Positions 23,451 to 50,238 of a stretch of DNA of 64,000 nucleotides are shown one piece after another. Both the position numbers and the translations under genes were made by a program. Each line of letters begins with the position of its first letter. The first letter of the stretch is position 1. The stretch comes from Stegostoma tigrinum (taxonomy: Eukaryota), in assembly GCF_030684315.1 (NCBI RefSeq), contig NC_081377.1, positions 32,922,001 through 32,986,000 on the forward strand. The letters run 5' to 3'. Below the pieces are notes generated by a model. The model was not told the origin of the DNA. It saw only the letters and a program-made list of their open reading frames with translations, and made no database searches.

Positions 23451-24675
23451 AGCAAATGAACATGTAAACAATTCTATCTGATGTCAGATTACTGTATTAT
23501 TAATAAAGCAACCACACCCTCACCAAGTGTTCCAAACTGCTATGTTTCAATCAAGCTCATAAGTAGACACGAGTAAATGCACAGCCAGAGAAAGTTCACA
23601 GTGTGCAATGTTCTGATTCAAGTTGACTCTATGTTGTTTGCTAATCTTCAATCCAGCAACAGAACTGCTATGATTGACTTCACAGTTGTTGCACCAGAGA
23701 GAAGGCAAACTGGATTTTCAGTTCTGATATTTTCAAATAGGTTCATAGTTTTTTTAGTTAGGCTAGTGTATCAAGGCATAAGAAGCAAAGGTAAGAAAAA
23801 TGAGTCGAGAAACAGATCAACTATGAATTAACAGGATGACAAAACAGATTTGAGGAATTGAGAGACCTCCTTCTGTTCTTATGTTTTCAGTCTCTATTAG
23901 AAAATGCCTATGCATAAATATTTTTTCAGAAAGCATTAAGTGACCTCAAATGTATGGAGAAATTTATCTTATCCCAATGAGAACATCGCTTTTAAAATGC
24001 AACAGTGCAGGTGAAGCAATCTATGTAAGACAATAGGTGACCACTAGGTATTTCATTGTCTGCAAAACTCTGGAACACATGAAAAAAAAGCCATTTATTA
24101 GTAATTGTACAATGCACAACCTCAGGATATACCAAAGTATTTCACCATTGCATTGTAGGAAACAAAGCATCCAAACAGCAGTTTGATAAAGACTGGATAA
24201 TTTGATTTGAGGTTAAAACCTATGTCGTTCACTGATGCCATTTAGAAAGGAAGCCTACTGCCTTCACCCAGTCTGACCTACAGTTCCAGATCCACATCAT
24301 TATGATTGACTCTTAACTACTCTCAAGGATTTTTAAAAATTTATTCACTCATGGAATGTGAGCATCTGTGGCTAGGCCAGCATTTATTGCCTATCCCTAA
24401 TTGCCCAGTTAAAATTTAACCAAATTGCTGTGGGTGTGGAGTCACATGTAGGGCAGATCAAGTAAGGATAACAGATTTTCTTCCCTAAAGAATATTAGTG
24501 AATCAGATGGGTTTTCCAACAATCAGCAATTTTTTTTGGTATTAGTGGACCCTTATTCTATATTCATTACTGAATTCAAATTCCACCATCTCCCTTGAAC
24601 ATTAGCTAAATTTATGGATTAATAGTCCAATAATACCACCCCAAAGGTGAGGCATGAACAACAAATGATGCTTTG

Positions 24676-26925
24676 CTAATTTAACAAGGTGTAGAGCTGG
24701 ATGAACACGGCAGGCCAGGCAGCATTAGAGGAGCAGGGAAGCGAACATTTCAGGTCTGGACCCTTCTTCAGAAATGGGGGAGGGGAAGGGGGCTCTGAAA
24801 TAAATAGAGAGGGGGGAAGGCGATGATAGAAGGTGAATAGTGGAGCAGATAGGTGGAGAGAAGACAGACAGGTCAAGGAAGCGGGGATGAAGCCAGTACA
24901 GGACGGCATAGGTAGGGAATTGGGATGGTGGTTGGTCAGTGAGGAGCGGATAAGTGGGAGGGAAGACAGACAGGTCAAGGAGGTGGGGATGAGGGAGGGG
25001 CTGGTCTTAGGGGTTGGTCGGGAGTGGGGAGATTTTGAAGCTTGCAAAGTGCACATTGAGATGTTTGGGCTGCAGGATTCACAGGTGGAATATGAGGTGG
25101 TGTTCCTCCAGTAGCATCATAATGGCACTGGAGGAGGCCCAGGATGGACAAGTTGTTCAAGGAGCGGGAGAGGGAGTTGAAGTGATTCGCAACTGAGAGG
25201 TGTTGTCATTCGTCACGAACCGAGTGTAGGTGCTGCACAAAGCAGTCTCCAAGCCTCCGCTTGGTTCCCCTGCTATAGAGGAGGCCACATTGGAAACAAT
25301 ATACCAAATTAATGGACGTGCAGGAGAACATTTGTTAAATATGGAAGGTTTTCTTGGGGCCTGGGATGGAGGTGAGGCGGGAGGTGATGGGGCAGGTACA
25401 GCATCTCCTACAGCTGCAGTTGAATGTGCTAGGGGTGGTGGGAATAGTGGAGAGTGTGAAGCGGATGACGGATTCGCAGAGAGAGCAGTCCTTCCAGAAG
25501 GAAGATAAGGGTGGGGAGGGAAATATATCCTTGGTAGTGAGGCCAGATTGCAGGTGGCGGAAGTAATGGAGAATGATGCTTTGAATCTGGAGGATGATGG
25601 GGTGATAAGTGAGGATATGGGGAATTCTGTCTTTGTTGTTATTGTGGGGAGGGGGTGTGAGGGCTGAGGTGCAGGAAATGCAAGAGATGTGGTCGAGGGC
25701 ATTTTCGACCACTATGGAGGGGAAATTGCAGCCCTTGAAAAATGAGGACATCTGGGATGACCAGGAGCAGAACACCTCATCTTGGGAGCAGATGCAGCAG
25801 AGGTGAAGGAATTGGGAACAGGGGATAGCATTCTTGCAGGAAGGTGGGTGAGGGGAGGTGTACTCTAGGTAGCTGTGGGAGTCGGTGGGCTTGAACTAGA
25901 TATCAGTTTCCAGGTGGTTACCAGAGATGGAAACAGAGAGGTCCAGGAAGGAGAGAGAAGTATCAGAGATGGTCCAGGTGAACCTAAACTTGGGGTGGAA
26001 GGTAGTAGTAAAGTGGATGAACTGTTCGAGTTCCTCATGGTAGTACGAGGCAGCGCTGATACAGTCATCGATGTAATGGATGAAGAGGTTGGGGATGCTG
26101 CCAGTGTAGCCACAGAAGAGGAACTGTTTCATGTATCCTACAAAGAGGCAGGCATAGCTTGGGCTCCTGAGGGTACCCATGGCCTTTCGTCTGTAGGAAG
26201 TGGAAGGAGTTGAAGGTGAACTTGTGAAGTGTAAGGAGAGTTCAATTAGGCAGATAAGGATGTCAGTGGAGGGGGACTGGTCGGGCCTGCGGGAGAGGAA
26301 GAAGCAGAGGGCTTTTAGGCCATCTGCATGGGAATGCAAGCATATAGGAATGGATGTCCACGATAAAGATGGTGTTGAGGACAGGGAATCGGAAGTTTTG
26401 GAGGAGGTAGAGGGCACAGGCGGTGTCAGGATGTAGGTGGGGAGTTCCTGGACCATGGGTGAGAAAAAGGAATCGAGATAAGTGGAGATAAGTTCAGTGG
26501 GGCAGGAACAGGCAGATACAATGGGTTGACCTGGGCAGTTGTGCTTATTGATTTTGGGTAGGAGATAGATATGGACAGTGTGGGGTTGGGGAACAATGAG
26601 GTTGGAGGCTGTGGGTGGGAGGTCACTTGAGGTGATGACGTTTTGGTGGTCAGGGGTAGGGTCATGATCAAGGGGGCGGTAGGAGGAGGTGTCAGAGGGT
26701 TGGTGCCTGGTCTCGGCGATGTAGAGGTCAGTGTGCCACGCGGCAACTGTGCCTCCCTTGTCCGCGGGTTTTGTAGTGAGGTTAGGGTTGGAGCAGAGGG
26801 CTGCACGTTCTGTGGGGGAGAAGTTGAGGCGATTGATGTCACGATGGCAGTTGGAGACAAAGAGGTTGAGGGAGGGTAGGAGGCCTTGAGGTGGTGTCCA
26901 AGAGGATAGGGTGTGTTGGAGGCCT
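24676..26925 (-). mobile_element. Older degenerate Penelope-like element (RT plus GIY-YIG), same family as 8970-10845
   Basis: AMGT..SPSYACLFVGY, FIHYIDDCI (RT active site), SFLDLSVSI, SQMSSFFKGCNFP..VENALD; many frameshifts; pLTR with a hammerhead variant at ~24744-24771. Confidence 0.9.
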
Positions 26926-27329
26926 TTCTAATGATGTCTACACCCTATCCATGAAAAAGAAATCATAACTGCTCCCATTATTTGGACAAATGAATTTATC
27001 CAGAGAATTTATTCAGAATTCCCAAGTGTTATTAGTGATTACATTTATATCCCCTAATTCTGGCCTCAGCTGCATGTGCTGTATTCCACCTTTCCATAAT
27101 CTTAAAAGTCATTCTTCAGTCAAAGATTCTCAAACTCTCCTCACACAAGTGAGAGTTACTGACTTACTGCAGTATTAATTACTTTAGAACTCCCACCCTT
27201 TGACCTGCTCTGGTTCCTGAGTTATGCCTTTCACAAGCTTCTATATCCTTTTCCTGGCTACTCCCCATTAAAAACAACGTAAAATAGGCGGTACAGTTCT
27301 GAAGGGGACGAAGGAGCCGAGTGGCCTGA

Positions 27330-27810
27330 GTCTATATGTTAAGAAAGCATACTGTGATCTTGTCATTATTAATAAATACATAAAGTTACAGGAGCAGGGA
27401 GATGATGTTGCAATTAGACAACAGACTTGTTAGGCCTCAGCTGGAATATTGTGTACAATTGTGGATACAATATTATAGGAAAGATGCGAATGTATTAGAG
27501 ATAGTGCAGAAGCAATTGACAGGAATGGTTCCAGGAATGATAAGCTTGTGTTGAGAGGATAGATTTAGGTTAAGACTGTTCTCTTCGAAGAAGACGGAGA
27601 GGACATCTGATAGAGGCTTTCAAAATCATGAACGGGTTGAATGTAGTAGATAGAGAGAAGTTGTTCCTTCTTACAAAAGAAAGCAATAATAAGAGGTCAT
27701 AAATTTAAAGTGATGTGCAAAAGATGCAAGGGGTGGGAAAAAAACTTAGTCAGTAGTTAAGACATGGGATGTACTGCCAAGAAATGTGGTTGAGGCATTG
27801 GATAATTACT
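27330..27810 (+). mobile_element. Old CR1 fragment
   Basis: LVRPQLEYCVQLW..YYRKD..; HLIEAFKIMNG. Confidence 0.7.
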
Positions 27811-28149
27811 TAGAGACAAGTAACGCGCAGTGTCACAGGCAGAAGGCCTGCCCTAGGGAATAAAATCGAATCAGACACCACGAACTCCTGCGCTGTTACA
27901 CTTCTGTGAAGAGGCATTTTAACTAACCCCTAGCCAGTTTCGAGCCACACAATCGAGTACGGTGCTTTTATCTAACCAGTTCCGAGATGTTGTTACACAC
28001 CTCCAGAGCAGACGTTGCCTAACTCAGAGGTAACGAGATTTCTCCTGCACCACAAAGGTCCGCGCCACTGAGGCTTTTGTTGAGGCACGGGTTGCTAGGG
28101 CCCTATTCTTGAATGTTCCATAGTGACCGCGCCCCCCCATGCCACACAA

Positions 28150-28260
28150 ACCTTCAATCTATTGGTTTGACGTCACACGTCGTGATTCGACGCGTCTGAT
28201 GATTGGCTGAAAAACATGTCCATCAACACTTGACCTCGGCGGCACGACTTCCGGGTGAGT
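28150..28260 (+). promoter_or_regulatory. NUDC CpG-island promoter
   Basis: Inverted CCAAT boxes 28161-28165 and 28202-28206, full CRE TGACGTCA 28168-28175, ETS/GABP ACTTCCGG 28247-28254; CpG-rich; 70-170 bp upstream of the ATG. Confidence 0.75.
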
Positions 28261-28327
28261 GATTCGGGGCCTGTAACGCGTGGTTGATCCGTCAGCCTGA
28301 GGGGAGCAGCGCTGATTCCGAGAAAGG

Positions 28328-41461
<13,134 letters not shown>

Positions 41462-42377
41462 AAAATGCATCTTCCCCAGAGCTGCAGGGGCTACCCAAAC
41501 TTGTGGAAGATTTTCTCCAGGAAGGACGCCCTTTTTGAGCATCACTTAAAGCCTTGAAACCTGGTTTCTGAGCTTGTAAATCATTCGGGTTATTCATTGT
41601 GTGGAGAGCAGTTGTGAACCTGGCAGTTGCAGTGCAGTCACTATGCTGGCATCTACTGGCTGCCCATTAACAATGTCATTTTCTGGCTGATCTTACATAA
41701 CTACCTAAGCACCTTCTGGTGATGCCAGTTCGCAGGCTTGTTGTAAACTTAATTACTTTTTCAAATTACCTTTGATTGTTGCTGCTGATAACTGAGGGAG
41801 ATGCATCCTTTTTCAGTGAGTTTGAGCAACATCCTGCTAAACACATTGTAAACAGGTGTTACCCAGAACTTGCTCAATGGTTTGTTATTTCTCCCTGTTC
41901 AAGAAGTTCAAATAGGCATTCCATGTAGCAGTAGCTCATTTTGATCAACGTTTTGCAAATGAACATATGTAGAAGCTTTCCATTTCATTGAGACTTTCCA
42001 TGAGCACTATGCAAAACCTGTCCCCCTGCTAATATTTGAAGCAGGGTGAGCTTGCGTTCAGATATTTTTTTGCTGATTACTTAACATATGCTGTAGCCCA
42101 GTTGTGTCTATATTGCCACATATGCTTCCAGGGGCTACCTTGTGTTAAGTTTTGAAGTCATCCGGTTGATTGAACTGCTACGCAATGCCAGGTGAAGGTC
42201 AAAGTGTTGTAAATATCAGGGTCATTGCTCTCCATTTCCTTGTCTGTGTTTCCAGGTCAGTAACAGGGTGGCGAGATAAATTGTTGAGTGCAGTGCTGGT
42301 CCTCGTGGGTGTGTTTTATGTTTATTTTAATTTGTTTGCATTGATGCACTTGGACGCGATGCTGGAACTCATTTCTC

Positions 42378-42383
42378 AATAAA
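42378..42383 (+). terminator. Probable NUDC polyadenylation signal
   Basis: AATAAA ~920 nt after the stop, followed by a GT-rich element (TGTTGTCTTGCTGTGTT). Confidence 0.65.
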
Positions 42384-45300
42384 GTCAAGCCACTAGCTGT
42401 TGTCTTGCTGTGTTCATTGTCCTTGTAATAAGCTACATTAACTTTAACTTTATTTATTCAGTGGCAGTACACTAAGTTGAGGCTGTATAAGTGGCACAGG
42501 CACAGTATAATAAAGGTCTGACAGTAAAGATTCTATTTCTAGAGCTAGAAGAAAGTGTCACATTGAAATGGCACCATTTTACTTCCATAACTTCTGAAGG
42601 TCTGTCTGGATTTTAGGGGGTTCTTGTATTGTAGTGGAACCAGGCTACATCAGAGTTCTCAAACTGGGAATAAAGAAGTTCATGTAAATGGGGTGACAGG
42701 GAAGAATGGGTTGAAAAGGGACCAAGGCCCTAATTCTAGCATCTCCCTTCAATCCATTGTGTGCCCTGTGATCCACAATCTGCCTTAATACAGGTGCAAA
42801 CTGTTCTACCTGGCATAATTATCAACACAGAGCTCAAGTTTAGATATTGTGTTAACAATCGTTATGGATTAAGTATTTTTTTGAGACCGAACCAAACTGA
42901 TAACCCGTATGAATCCAACACAAGTTTCTGATCCAAACTGTTTTTGTTACCAAGAGCACATATGCTACCTCTGCAATATCACCTAGCTGCCTGTTCTCCA
43001 CCTACTGCTGAAAGTCAAATTCCTTGTTAGTATTAAACTAGACTATTGCAATGCGTGCCCAATCAGCATCCCCTTTTCCATCTTCCACAGTTCTCGTGCC
43101 TTTATCTTAACTTGCACCAGGTCACATTTACTTATTGCCCCTCTGTTCAGTAATTTACACCAGCTCCCAGTCCACTAACCCCCTAATTTTGAGGATTCGC
43201 ATCCTTGTTTTCAAGTCCCTTTACAATCTTTGTTCTGTGGCCACCTTCAATTCCATAACCCTCTATGGCGACTGCTCCTATTCTGACTGTGCACTCAGGT
43301 TAATTGTTCTATCATTCAGAGCCAAGATTTCATTGCCTAGACCTTTAATGTTTTCCATCAAAATCTCACTCTTCCTTTAGAAATATTCTTAAAACCTTTA
43401 GTCAAAGCAGTAAATTTTCTTGACATGCATATTGTGAATTACTTTAGGAAATTTTACTGTTAAACCTGCAAAATAAATTTGAGTTGTTGAAATATGTGAG
43501 CTGTGTATCCTGTTAGTTGTCTCTGATAAACACTGAATATTTCTTGCACCTTTTTGATTAAATATTAAGCAAAAAGAATAAACTGAAATCAGTTGTTTCA
43601 GGATAAGTTTTGGTTAGTGGAGCAGAGTTCAGAAACTCAGCCAGAGCTGCTGGATCCAAGTCCACTGTTCACATACAACGATTGCTGTTCTTTCTACTGT
43701 GACCTGTCGGGGCCCTGGCTGTGTACACAGCCAGAAATTCATTTTCAGATACTGAATCATCTTATCTTGTTTTTTCATCTTAACTAAACTGGGAACATAC
43801 CACCACAAGAAACCTCAAATATTCTATCAGCTGCTACATTCCTTACCCTAACATTGCTGCTCTTCCAGCAATGGCTGTGAGATCTGGATGTTTACTGGCG
43901 AGGGGGAGGACAGCAGGTCAACTGAAAAAATTGACTGAGCAATGTAGAGATTAAAGCAGTGGGATTATTTTGAGAAATAAGGTAATGGGAGATATAGTTT
44001 GGGAATAATATGGGGCTATGTATGAGGAGAGGGTGGTTTACTACAGTTAGTTTGGAATCTATTATGGAGCTATAGGAAAAGGGTATGACTCAGATCAGTT
44101 TACAGGGCTGCCTGGAAGGACCTACAGCAAAGACATATACATAAGGTTGACTGTTACGGGTACACGCTGCTGGAGTGAATAATAGATCTTGAGCAGCAGT
44201 TAACAGATACACCTTATAGATCTGAAAATGGGATATGGAAAAATAAAGAAATTACTTGGATGACACTGCCAAACCTATGAAATGCCAATGGAAGAATCCA
44301 CTTACCACTCTCCAATTCCAGTGCTATGAAACTGGTTTGCAACTGCATGAAACAGATCACTGGAAGTTAACCATGTTTCTCCGCCATCCAATCTGGAAAG
44401 GAAATGGACTGAGAACTAGCTCACTTGTGACACTCCATCCAACTACAGTAATCACAATTAGAAATTTAAACATGCAGCATAATCGTAATACTCTAGCTTT
44501 GGTCACAATTGCACAGATTATGGCTTAATGCTAGAAATCCTGGGTCTGCAACACGTACCACATGAAGTGAAAATTACTTGTTAGCACTTGGGAAAAATCA
44601 ATGTTTATTAATAAAACTTTCCAGACAAGATCCCATTTATTTGAGAACCTGAAGACATGGACAAGTGAGGGCAACTTAAAAGCAACATCTTAATTGCACT
44701 CTTATTTCTAATGGATTGTTGGTGTCTGAGTTCCCAACTAAAGTGGGAACCTTGAATACATTCATATAAAATGTTGGAGTTTCACTCCAATAATGTCTTG
44801 TCTAGTGAGTGTTCTTTACTGGAGGCTATTTTTATACTCTCCAGCTCTGTGCCCACGATGGTGACCTATTTCTAACCAGTGTTAATAGTTCCACTGTATT
44901 ACTGTGGCCTTCGGTTAATTTGTCACCCATATCCCATGAACCTCAAACAATGGGAGATGAAAAAGTGATTACTTTCTTCGGTAATTATTAAACAAATGCT
45001 GCTGCTTCTCAGCAAATAATTGTTTGTAATAACCCATTGACAATTGTTGGAAGGAAAAAGCAACCTCTTGCCCAGGAGCAACTCCTGCTTTAAACACGAT
45101 TGCACACTGTGTTCCACCACTACCGGAAATCACTTTACTTCTACCAAAATGATGCCTTCCTTCTAACCTCTTACCTTAATTTGAACCTCCATCTATGTTC
45201 ACAGGGAAGTGGAGAGGTGACTTCAGCACCCCAACTGCAGGCAGGACACAGCCATAGTGTCCTCTCCTGCTGCTTCAATTATGCTATGTAATCAGCGATC

Positions 45301-47356
45301 AACAGCTGACAGAATTGTGTGAACTGGGAACAAAATAATTCAATGAGAATGTAGTCCTGGACTCGTAGCTGCAGAAAATCTTCACTGACTGGAACAGAGA
45401 GCACAGTGAGAACATTGGGAAATTTGGGACAAATAATAACAGTGGACAGTTTCTGTAGTTGTTTATGTAGTCAGCTGGCAGGGAGAATAATATAAAACTT
45501 TCGAGAAGATTGAGCTACAGAGATTTACATGTGACATTAAATGCAATGCTACTAGGTAATATCCAAAATACTGTTAAAATGAGTAAAAACTGAATTTTAT
45601 AAAAGAGGAAATCTTTAAAATAATGCATAACCACTATTATATATATATTTTTAAAAGTCTTACATTTGCACCCACTTCGTCAACCTTACAATAAATTCCT
45701 CAGTCCGTTTTCATGAAAATTGTCAATGTGAATGGTCATACTGTAATCACACCTTCCTACGAGAGGTGGTGCTGTCAAGCTTCCCTTTAACTTTTTTAAA
45801 CGCCTGACCTTGTCACTGTCTGCAAACTTATCCAGACTGGTTTCTGCTACACGCCGTAGAACTGAAGCCAGCTTGTTACGAGGTTTTCAGTGGAAATCAC
45901 AAACACGACCACGACACAGACAAAAATTACAAGCTGGTGAAAAAAACCCTACAAATATTGACAGAATGAATAGTGAAATAATGGTGAAAGTGGAAATTTG
46001 TAGAAGTGTCCCACAGCACAGATAGGTTAATAGAGCAAAAGGCTTTATTAGGTTAACATACCCGAGGAAAGGGACTTCAATGGGTGAACATATAAAATGG
46101 AATGACTGTAATTTGTTAATGCACCAGCGGGCAGGACTTTGATGGTCACAGTGACCTCACTACAGGTTTACAGCACCACCTGTAGGCCGATAGAGGCAGC
46201 ACAGGATTTTCAATTTCAGAAATACACTGCACCACAGGATTCCTCTACTCAATCTCCATACTTACTGTGCCTCCTCACAGCTTCCTGCAAAGCTGAACCT
46301 TTCCAGTCACCCTCCAGTGTTTCATCCCAGTGGTCAGCTCACATAAGTCTACACAGTGAGGACAGTGGGCAATGTAGGACATCACAATTCAGTCTGATCC
46401 TCCCCTCAATCATATTATAGAAGGCAACAGGTTGGATGACAGGAAAGTGACTTGAAGCCAGTGTTGTCCCTTCCAGGGTGGGAATAACAGCTTCAGCTCA
46501 GATCGAACCTCAATCCTTTCTCCAATCTGTGGGGTTCAGCGAGTTTCTAAATTTGGCCAGTCTGGGTGCCCACTCAGATCGGCAAAGATGACGGCCACAT
46601 TGGAGCTGCAGGCACCCAATATTTGCTGAAAGTCCAAGGTTAGGTCTGTATAGGAAAACTTGACCTGTGAGATCCACATCAAGTTACATTACATAAACCC
46701 TGTCCTGAATGGAGACTAGATGCAGGATCAAAAAACGTGATTGAGATGAACAGAATTGGGGATTGAGGCATTTTTCAAATTGCAGGCAAGGTTCCAACTG
46801 TTGCTTTAAAAAGCAACTTATTAAAATCAATATTCCTCACCATGATTCACTGTCTTATCCAGTGATGCAAAACAATGTACAAAATATGCAAAGTAACTGT
46901 CCAACCACCACCCCTGTACACCATTCACCTTCCCCAGCATGAACATAATCGACTGACCAGTTCCGTATTTACATCAGATTTGATCTTGCTGGCACCCAAT
47001 GAATTGTGATTTACCCCACTTTCACCCAATGCCACCTCTTCTGCCTCGCTCCTGCTTGCCGGCCTTTGGCACTGAGCCTGGGCTCCTCTTTTGCATTGGG
47101 CAGGGGGTAGTGGGCTGTGTGCAAGCAAGAGGAAGAATGGCCTCCTCCAGGTTAACATCATCAGACTCAAGTATTGGACACTGGGCTCCAAACCAGAGCA
47201 GATCTCTGGTAGTGAGTCGGGGGAAATCAGCTTCACAGCGAACAAGAGCCGAGTCAATTCCACACTTTCCACTGGCCTCAAGAGTCTCCGGCCACTCAGT
47301 GTCATATACACCCAAAATCCAAGTCCAGTTAATGTGGAAGGTCCTACACTCAAACC

Positions 47357-49532
47357 CTAGATATAGACTTTAAGTAGCGGGGCTCCTGATGAATCTGTCT
47401 CTGTATCCTGAAGAGAATCATCTTTACGCAAACCTGGAAAGAGAGAGGGGGGAGAAACTGTGAGTGTTGGGATCTCAATTGGATTCTGCACTATGGACTG
47501 GGGTTCGGGTCATGTTCACAGTGGGATGGGGAATGGTCACATCGAGTCTGAATCGACAGCTCAGGACAGCGACAGGATAATGATCAGTACACAAACTGCA
47601 GGGAGGGGAGTGGAATGAGAGTCACATAAATTGGGCGATTGGGTGTGGGACACACAGTCAGAGGGGTATGAGGTGGTGGACTAAGACAAACGGAAAGAAG
47701 ATGGGGTGAGGTCAGAGATTGAGGGAGAGGGAAGAGAGAGAAGATGGGGTGAGGTGAGAGAAGGTGGGAGCGAAGATGGGGCAAGGTCAGGCCAGGTTGG
47801 GAGAGAGAGGGAAAAAGTACAGGGGAGGTCACAGAGGAGAGAGTAAAATAGAATGAGATGGGGCAAAGTTAGAGAGAGAGTCAGAGAGGAAGACAAGGAT
47901 GTTGGTGTACAGAGAGACAGGGATAGACACACAGAAAGGGAGGGATGAGGTTCGGGCAGGGGATTTGGGGCAGAGACACAGAGAAAAAAGGGTAAGAGGT
48001 AATTTGGAAATTACCAGGTGAACACAGCCGCTGAATTTGTCTTGCTCTCTCATCAAGCGAGTCCACCACTGAAATCTCCAGGTTAAGGTCTTAACAAAAG
48101 AGGAAGATCAGAAATCACAGCACTGCAATCACAACATCTTCCAGCCAAATCTCTCACAAAAACACATCTCTGCCCACCAGCAGATAAATAGAGCCCTCCA
48201 CAAGTGTCCCAGGTGCAAAGATAGCCAGCATAGCCCAAGCCCAGTACAACCCCACATAAGCACCCTCGCATTCTATTCCACCCAAGTGGAGCTCCAATGC
48301 ATTTCTGGCCCCTCCCCAAATTCAGTTTCAGTGCATCCATGCCTCCCCCCAATCTGGGTGCATTTCCTGTGCAATACCCTCCCTCTCAAGGCAGCTCCAG
48401 TGCATTCCTCTCCCTCCACACAGTGCAACTCCAATGCAGCTGCTGCCTCACCTTCACTGGGCAAAATAGTCTCAGTTTGAGGTCTGGGGTCAGCAGGAGT
48501 CGGAGAGATCAATCTTTCCTCAGTTGGCTCTTCTGGTCCCCTTTTCTTACTTTTCTTGGGTTTCCGGGTGCTGATCCGAACGATCCCGGTCACTATCCGG
48601 CATTCCGCATCCTTCTCATTGATCTTATAGCCTTTGGTGATGCTATCAATGAGCTCAGTGATTTCACTGCTTTTGCTGATGAATGTGGTATCGGAGGTAC
48701 ACTGGGCCAACATGTCGATCTGGTGAATGCTGAACAGCTCCAATAGCTTCTTGTTGATGTACTCGTCCAGCTCTGCACTCGACATAGACACGTTTAGCTC
48801 GTTGTTCTCCAAATCTTCCTCCAGGAAGGAGGGGAATTCATCGGAAATTCGTTTGTGAGAGATTGGTGAGATGCTGCTGGGGCTCTCTGATGGCTGAGAG
48901 TTGTGGTGGGTGTCCTTGTGGCATGAGTCTGTGGACAGAGTATGACTGTTATTTTTCCAGATTACCTGCTGTCCTCCCAACTTGACATCATAATAATTAA
49001 AACTGTTGCCCGCAAGATTAGCCTTCTTCGTGGGCCTGGATTTAGAGTTCGGGGGAGTCACTGGGTTTTCAATATACCGCAAAGTGTTACTGTCAATGTC
49101 TTTAGCATGTGTCGGTGGCTCTGTGGTCCTGGTACATGGATTATAAACCCCAGTGTCAGCCTTATAAATTCCACAGGTCACCACACAGCAGAAAACTGCT
49201 TTAACCGTCTGCCAGGTAACACAGTTTCCTAGCCCACATGACTCGCACACACTTGCCTCCTCTGTGGTTTCAACTGACCCTGGGATGAACCCAATGTTTT
49301 CCGAGTTATTCCCATTTGAATCTCTTGGATCGGCTTTACACCTGTGACTTTTTGCCAGTGATTTCCTTTCCTTCCTTTCAGCTCGTCTACTTTCTGGCGT
49401 TGAGCCTTCATAAACCTCCAGGTTCAGCGAGTCCACAGAGGCTGGCAGCAGAACTGGAGAGGCCAGAAGGCTAGGTTTGGCCACAGGCTTGTCAGCCTGC
49501 TGTGGAGCAGCTCTCCGTCCAGTTCCTTGCAT
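47357..49532 (-). CDS. KDF1: Keratinocyte differentiation factor 1, 3 coding exons, 410 aa
   Basis: Exons 49532-48452 (acceptor upstream at 49549; ENIGFIPGS, GNSFNYYDVKL, SMSSAELDEYINKKLLELFSIHQIDMLAQCTSDT..DAECRIVTGIVRISTRK), 48089-48015 (DLNLEISVVDSLDERARQI), 47433-47357 (DDSLQDTETDSSGAPLLKVYI*). The C-terminus matches recalled human DTDSSGAPLLQVYC; syntenic with NUDC. Confidence 0.95.
47690..48000. repeat. Purine-rich low-complexity tract in the last KDF1 intron
   Basis: GA-rich with repeated AAGATGGGG(T/C)..GGT units. Confidence 0.6.
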
Positions 49533-49915
49533 GACTTAGATTGAAGGACCTGTGGAATAGAGAGGACAAGCATCACACAACACACATGGCTACTGGACCA
49601 ACACATTACCACCAAAAGAAGATGACAAAATGTGTAGAGTAAACCCAAGGATATCTAGAAGAGCCCCAGGAATGTTGAGAGGGCACCATAATAACCTGCA
49701 AGCACAGTGAACCGCAGGATACAATCTGAAGGTGTTTTATCCCCTTCTCTGAATGTGACATGCAGAACCCAGGCAGGAACTGTATGGTGTCAGCCAGTCA
49801 AACTAGCGACACCTTTAGAAAGCAGTTTGAACTGACTGACCAGCTACAAAAATGTGAAAAAGAAATTCAAGAGTAGTCAGCACAGATTTCAAAAGTGAAG
49901 GATTGCAGGACAGAA

Positions 49916-50238
49916 GGGCATCATGGTGGCTCGGTGGTTAGCACTGCTGCCTCAAAATGTTCGGGTCCCAGGTTTGATTCCACCCTTGGATGACTGTCTG
50001 TGTGGAGTCTGCATGTTGTCCTCATGTTTGTGTGTGTTTCCTCCCACAGTGCAAAGATGTGTAGGTTAGGTGGATTAGCCATGCCAAATTGTCCATATTC
50101 TCCAGGGATGTGCAGGCTAAATGGATTAGCTGTGGGAATTACAGGGTAGTAGGTGGGGGTGGGATGCTCTTCAGAGGTTCAGTATGGACTTGATGAGCTA
50201 AATAGCCTGTTTGCACATTGTAGGGGATTCCATGATTC
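49916..50238 (+). mobile_element. HE1-type V-SINE inserted in an old CR1 (CR1 continues ~50240-51210)
   Basis: GGTGGCTCGGTGGTTAGCACTGCTGCC head, V domain, TAGGGGATTC tail; flanking CR1 motif MDVIYLDFQK. Confidence 0.8.

Noticed and set aside
23934-23946. FXR IR-1 element upstream of NR0B2
   Set aside because: Only one good half-site (TGACCT); the partner CATTAA is too divergent.
46925-47373. Overlapping 90-140-aa ORFs on both strands after the KDF1 stop
   Set aside because: No recognisable domain; they lie in the 3' UTR and are compatible with chance ORFs.
48273-48451. C-terminal extension of the 419-aa KDF1 ORF
   Set aside because: Intron read-through past a strong donor (AAG|GTGAGG at 48452/48451); the conserved C-terminus is on the downstream exons.
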